The translations under genes and the position numbers were made by a program. A stretch of 64,000 bases of DNA, taken from assembly GCA_964016885.1 (NCBI GenBank), contig OZ024741.1, forward strand, positions 103,416,001 to 103,480,000. The letters run 5' to 3'. The notes beneath the pieces are model-generated. The model was not told the DNA's origin. It saw nothing but the letters and a program-made list of their open reading frames with translations, and made no database searches. The DNA is from Eledone cirrhosa. Its lineage: Eukaryota. Numbering within the stretch: the first letter of the stretch is position 1; each line of letters opens with the position of its first letter. Positions 60,400 through 64,000 of this stretch are shown here, piece by piece.

Positions 60400-60960
60400 C
60401 CAATATACAAATACCACCAGAAAGCGTGGTGTAACCGTAGATAACAACCTAAGCTGGAATGTCTTTTATCAACAATAAAGTCAACATGGTCTACAGGATT
60501 TCATTCTGAATCTTTAGAACTTTCCGTTCTAGTGATCCAAATGCCATTACCTTTCTTTACGATCTAAGAATAGTCTCTAGTTTTCTGATTTAGATATATT
60601 CCTACCATTACTCTTCTCGTGTGTAACGTTGGCTGACCCCAACTTGAATGATGCCCACTGTGGTCTTCCCACGCAAAACCAAGTATTATGAGAATTGAAG
60701 CGTCATAGAACTCCAATTATAGTTTCAAAAAATAAAATTAAATCGACTGGGAAATCTCAATCTATTTTCTCCAACCACACCGTGAGCGCTACATTATTTA
60801 TATGACGTGGAGAATATTCCATCAAAGTTGCCCAGATTGTGTTGTCATCTACTTTACAATTCACCCAAGACCTTGTCCCCAAGCGCATATCTAATAACAA
60901 ATTACGGTTTGGTATAAGCATAACACGATATTTTCCTCACTTTTCAGTTGAGCTTCACTG
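60400..60960 (+). mobile_element. Degenerate CR1/L2-like LINE 3' fragment
   Basis: Traces of GVTVDNNLSW, RTFRSSDP and WSSH..SIMRIE, as in the post-RT region of CR1-group ORF2. Second copy at about 24720-25100. Confidence 0.55.
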
Positions 60961-61604
60961 CCCCACATCCTCTCACTAAGCCATAACAAACGTAATGCTA
61001 AAATATTCCATAAAATTATTAAGAAGTTTCACAGGAAAATTTTGGCAGCCATGTTGATTTTACTCTATTTGATATCAACCCAGACAAAACCAGTTCTGGT
61101 TCTATGAAAGAAGGCTACCCATTTTCAAAGGGTCCTTATTTAAATTAGAATATTCCAATATAACTTTATACCAGATCCATACGTTAGGTTAGTATCTGAG
61201 TAATGAAATAATAAACAATTTGGTAAATCCTTCAAATTTCTTCATTAATTAATTAAAATATATGAAATATAGTGAATTTCTTTGAAAACACGACCATGAA
61301 AGAGCTTGTAAAATGAATCTTCTTTCGTTGGAAAAGAAAAGTTTTAAAATATTTTTTTTCCAGTTGCTACTTGTATTTCGAATTTGATAACTATGCATTT
61401 GTCTCTTGTCGCCTTTAGTTGACAATTTCCGTAAAATGTGTCCTTGGCTAACTCTAGTCGGTAAGTTCCGTAAAATTTAGACAACCTATCATTAAGTCGT
61501 AGCTTCTAGTTTATGAAGTTAATGTCCACTTTGTATTTGATGATAGTATATCAACTTGTTCCTGAGGCCTTCTAATGATAAATGTTATACACACGCACAC
61601 ACAC

Positions 61605-61681
<77 letters not shown>

Positions 61682-62312
61682 GTGTGTATGCGTTTATGTG
61701 TGTGTGTAATGTGTGTATGCGTTTATGTGTGTGAGTATGTATATATATATATGTTAGGTCTCTTTCTCTTAAATTTGTTTTTGTTTGGTTTGTTTGTTTT
61801 TGTTTGTTTTTTTTCGACCCTCCACCTTCCAGGCAGCAAGGTTGTAAACAAAAGGAAATTTTCAGATGGTAAGCAGAACATTACTTTGTTAGTACCGTTC
61901 CATACAAACGTTTCAATGTTGCGCAATATAAGACTAGCGCATTTGTTTCAACATATCTGCAATGCGGTGATTATTTTAACGTGCAGTTGGTCTATATTTG
62001 AGCAGTTCTAAATCTAAGTACGTTTGTTTCTTTCCTGTTTCAAATACTAGATGCGCTTACCTGTTTAATGATGGTTAAAAGACTTTAAAATCTCCTCAAA
62101 TGTTTAAAATAGTCATTCTAAATGGTTCTCAGACACAAACATTGAGTCATTGGACCTACGACAATGATTTGTGAAATTCTAAAATTTCCTTAAATTAAAT
62201 CTGGCTTCAATGGAAGAAGCACCGCATAGGACTGCATTGTATACTCAACACGTATGTACATAAAAACATACGTACATATAAACATATATCCAGACAAACA
62301 TGCACACGCACA

Positions 62313-62351
<39 letters not shown>

Positions 62352-63740
62352 GGGATATGCATATATATATATATGTGTGTGTGTGTGTATGTGTGTGTAT
62401 GTATATATGTGTATGTATGCATGTATGTATGCTTATTTTGTATGTATACATATTTGTATGTGTATGTATGTGTGTGCGTGTATGTATATATATATGTATG
62501 TGTGTGTGCGTGTGTGTGTGTATGTGTGATTGTGTGTGTACATATATGTATACATATTCGTTAATCACATGGTATCATCTGTTTAGAGCTTTTGATTTTG
62601 AGTGAGTGAACGAAACGGTTGCCAGGGGCAACGGTGGTTAATTTTGGGGTCTTTTAAGTATTTTTCGCTCGATTTATTTCCGGGTTGGAGGCAAGATGGG
62701 ATATTTTACAGCTCGATTACCTTCGTCTCGCTTTGGTAGTGAAGGGGGTAGTGATGTTTGGCAGGGTGATGATGGTTGTTGTGGTTGTGGTGGTTGGTGT
62801 TGGTGGTAGTGGTAGAGGTGGGGGGGGGCTATGTTGGCGGCGGTATGTTGGTGGTGGTGGTGGCGGTGGTGGTGATGTAGGTATGTTGGTGGTGGTGTGT
62901 GTTGATGGGGTTCGTGACGTGGTGGTTAGTGGGGAGTCGTGGTGGTGGTGGTGGTAGAGTTAGTAGGTGTTGATGTTCTTTTATTGTTGTTATTGTTGGC
63001 ACTTATTTATCTGATCGTGTTTGTAGATGATGTTGCATTTAATGCTGTTTTGGTAGCATTTTAGTCATGGTGGCGGGGCTTAACACATAACATCTACCAC
63101 ATGAAACTGCATTCGCAAGACATTCTTGAAAAGTACAAAACACCACTATGGCTGAATTACATTAAAAATTATAGTCTTAACTCTAATACAGCACATTTTC
63201 ACAATGTCCACTACTAGAGATACAATAAACAATTGAATTAACAAACTACACGAAACAACATTAGCAATACAGTATTATGACAACATCGCATTAAATATTA
63301 AAGTCTTTACTTTAGTTTACTGAAACTTTTCACTATTAAACATGCTATAAGCATTTGAATTAACAAGTCTGAATTTAGATATGTTCCGCTAAAACATTTC
63401 CAATGGTTATTTATTGATTTTCCTCTTGTCGTTGTTAGGTTGCTGTTGCTGATTTTAGCCCCTGGTCATCTCGGTTCGAATGGTCATATTTCATACATGT
63501 AGTCAACCAAACGACTAATATGCGTCGCTTTCCAAGGAACAAACAGCACACCCCGACATGCAATAAATTAATAGTACGTGGTGCAGTGTGACAGTGCAGA
63601 CATGTTACATCTCCCTGAATTGTCAAGTCTATTTCTGTGCACCTACAGAATTTGGTTGCGCATCACATCATCGCAGTTAAAGAATTGTATGGGAGGTACA
63701 GTGTGAAATTAAAACGAATTACACTCTATTCCAATTAATT

Positions 63741-63929
63741 AATTGTTTCTACTTTTGGCACAAGGCCAGCAATTATCTCAGTGCATTACTGGTACTTTAT
63801 TTTATTGACCCCGTAAGGTGAAAGGCAAAGTTAACCTCGGCGGGATTTGAACTCAGATCATAAAGGGAGGTAACTCTTTGCTGCAAAGCATGGCGTCCGA
63901 CCCTCTACCGATACTGCCAATCCACCGCC
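63741..63929 (-). mobile_element. tRNA-derived SINE, family 1
   Basis: Near-identical to 9394-9583. Confidence 0.85.
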
Positions 63930-64000
63930 AATCCACTGCCAATTAATTAATGGAGAATTTTGGGGAATTTACTAACGTTATTAATTATTTGATTTACTGG

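Noticed and set aside
63435-63650. Possible host exon on the minus strand (also 59612-59821)
   Set aside because: Short frame with no recognisable domain and no supporting exon chain.

Overview
Repeat-dense, AT-rich eukaryotic DNA, most likely from an invertebrate. The SINE and microsatellite make-up suggests a cephalopod or other mollusc (inference). I could not support any host protein-coding gene. The dominant structure is a 22.6-kb head-to-tail array of four intact, near-identical L1/Tx1-type non-LTR retrotransposons (28912-51509). Each has ORF1 (zinc knuckle) and ORF2 (APE endonuclease, RT, zinc finger). None has a poly(A) tail; instead they are flanked and separated by a (TCAGTCTG/TCAGTCTA)n octamer repeat. 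Two decayed relatives lie head-to-tail in (AAT)n at 43-9370, which suggests related families with different microsatellite targets. In the array, ORF2 is bracketed by a consensus splice donor overlapping the ORF1 stop and an acceptor-like sequence overlapping the ORF2 stop. The window also holds about ten intact or degenerate minimal type-I hammerhead ribozyme motifs in Penelope-like inverted repeats and a cluster of bipartite RTE-derived elements in (CATA)n, one of them directly behind an intron-containing tRNA-Lys(UUU). The rest is tRNA-derived SINEs, Helitron helicase and CR1/RTE fragments, a 48-bp minisatellite with coding-like divergence, and many microsatellites. All alignments and folds were done by eye.
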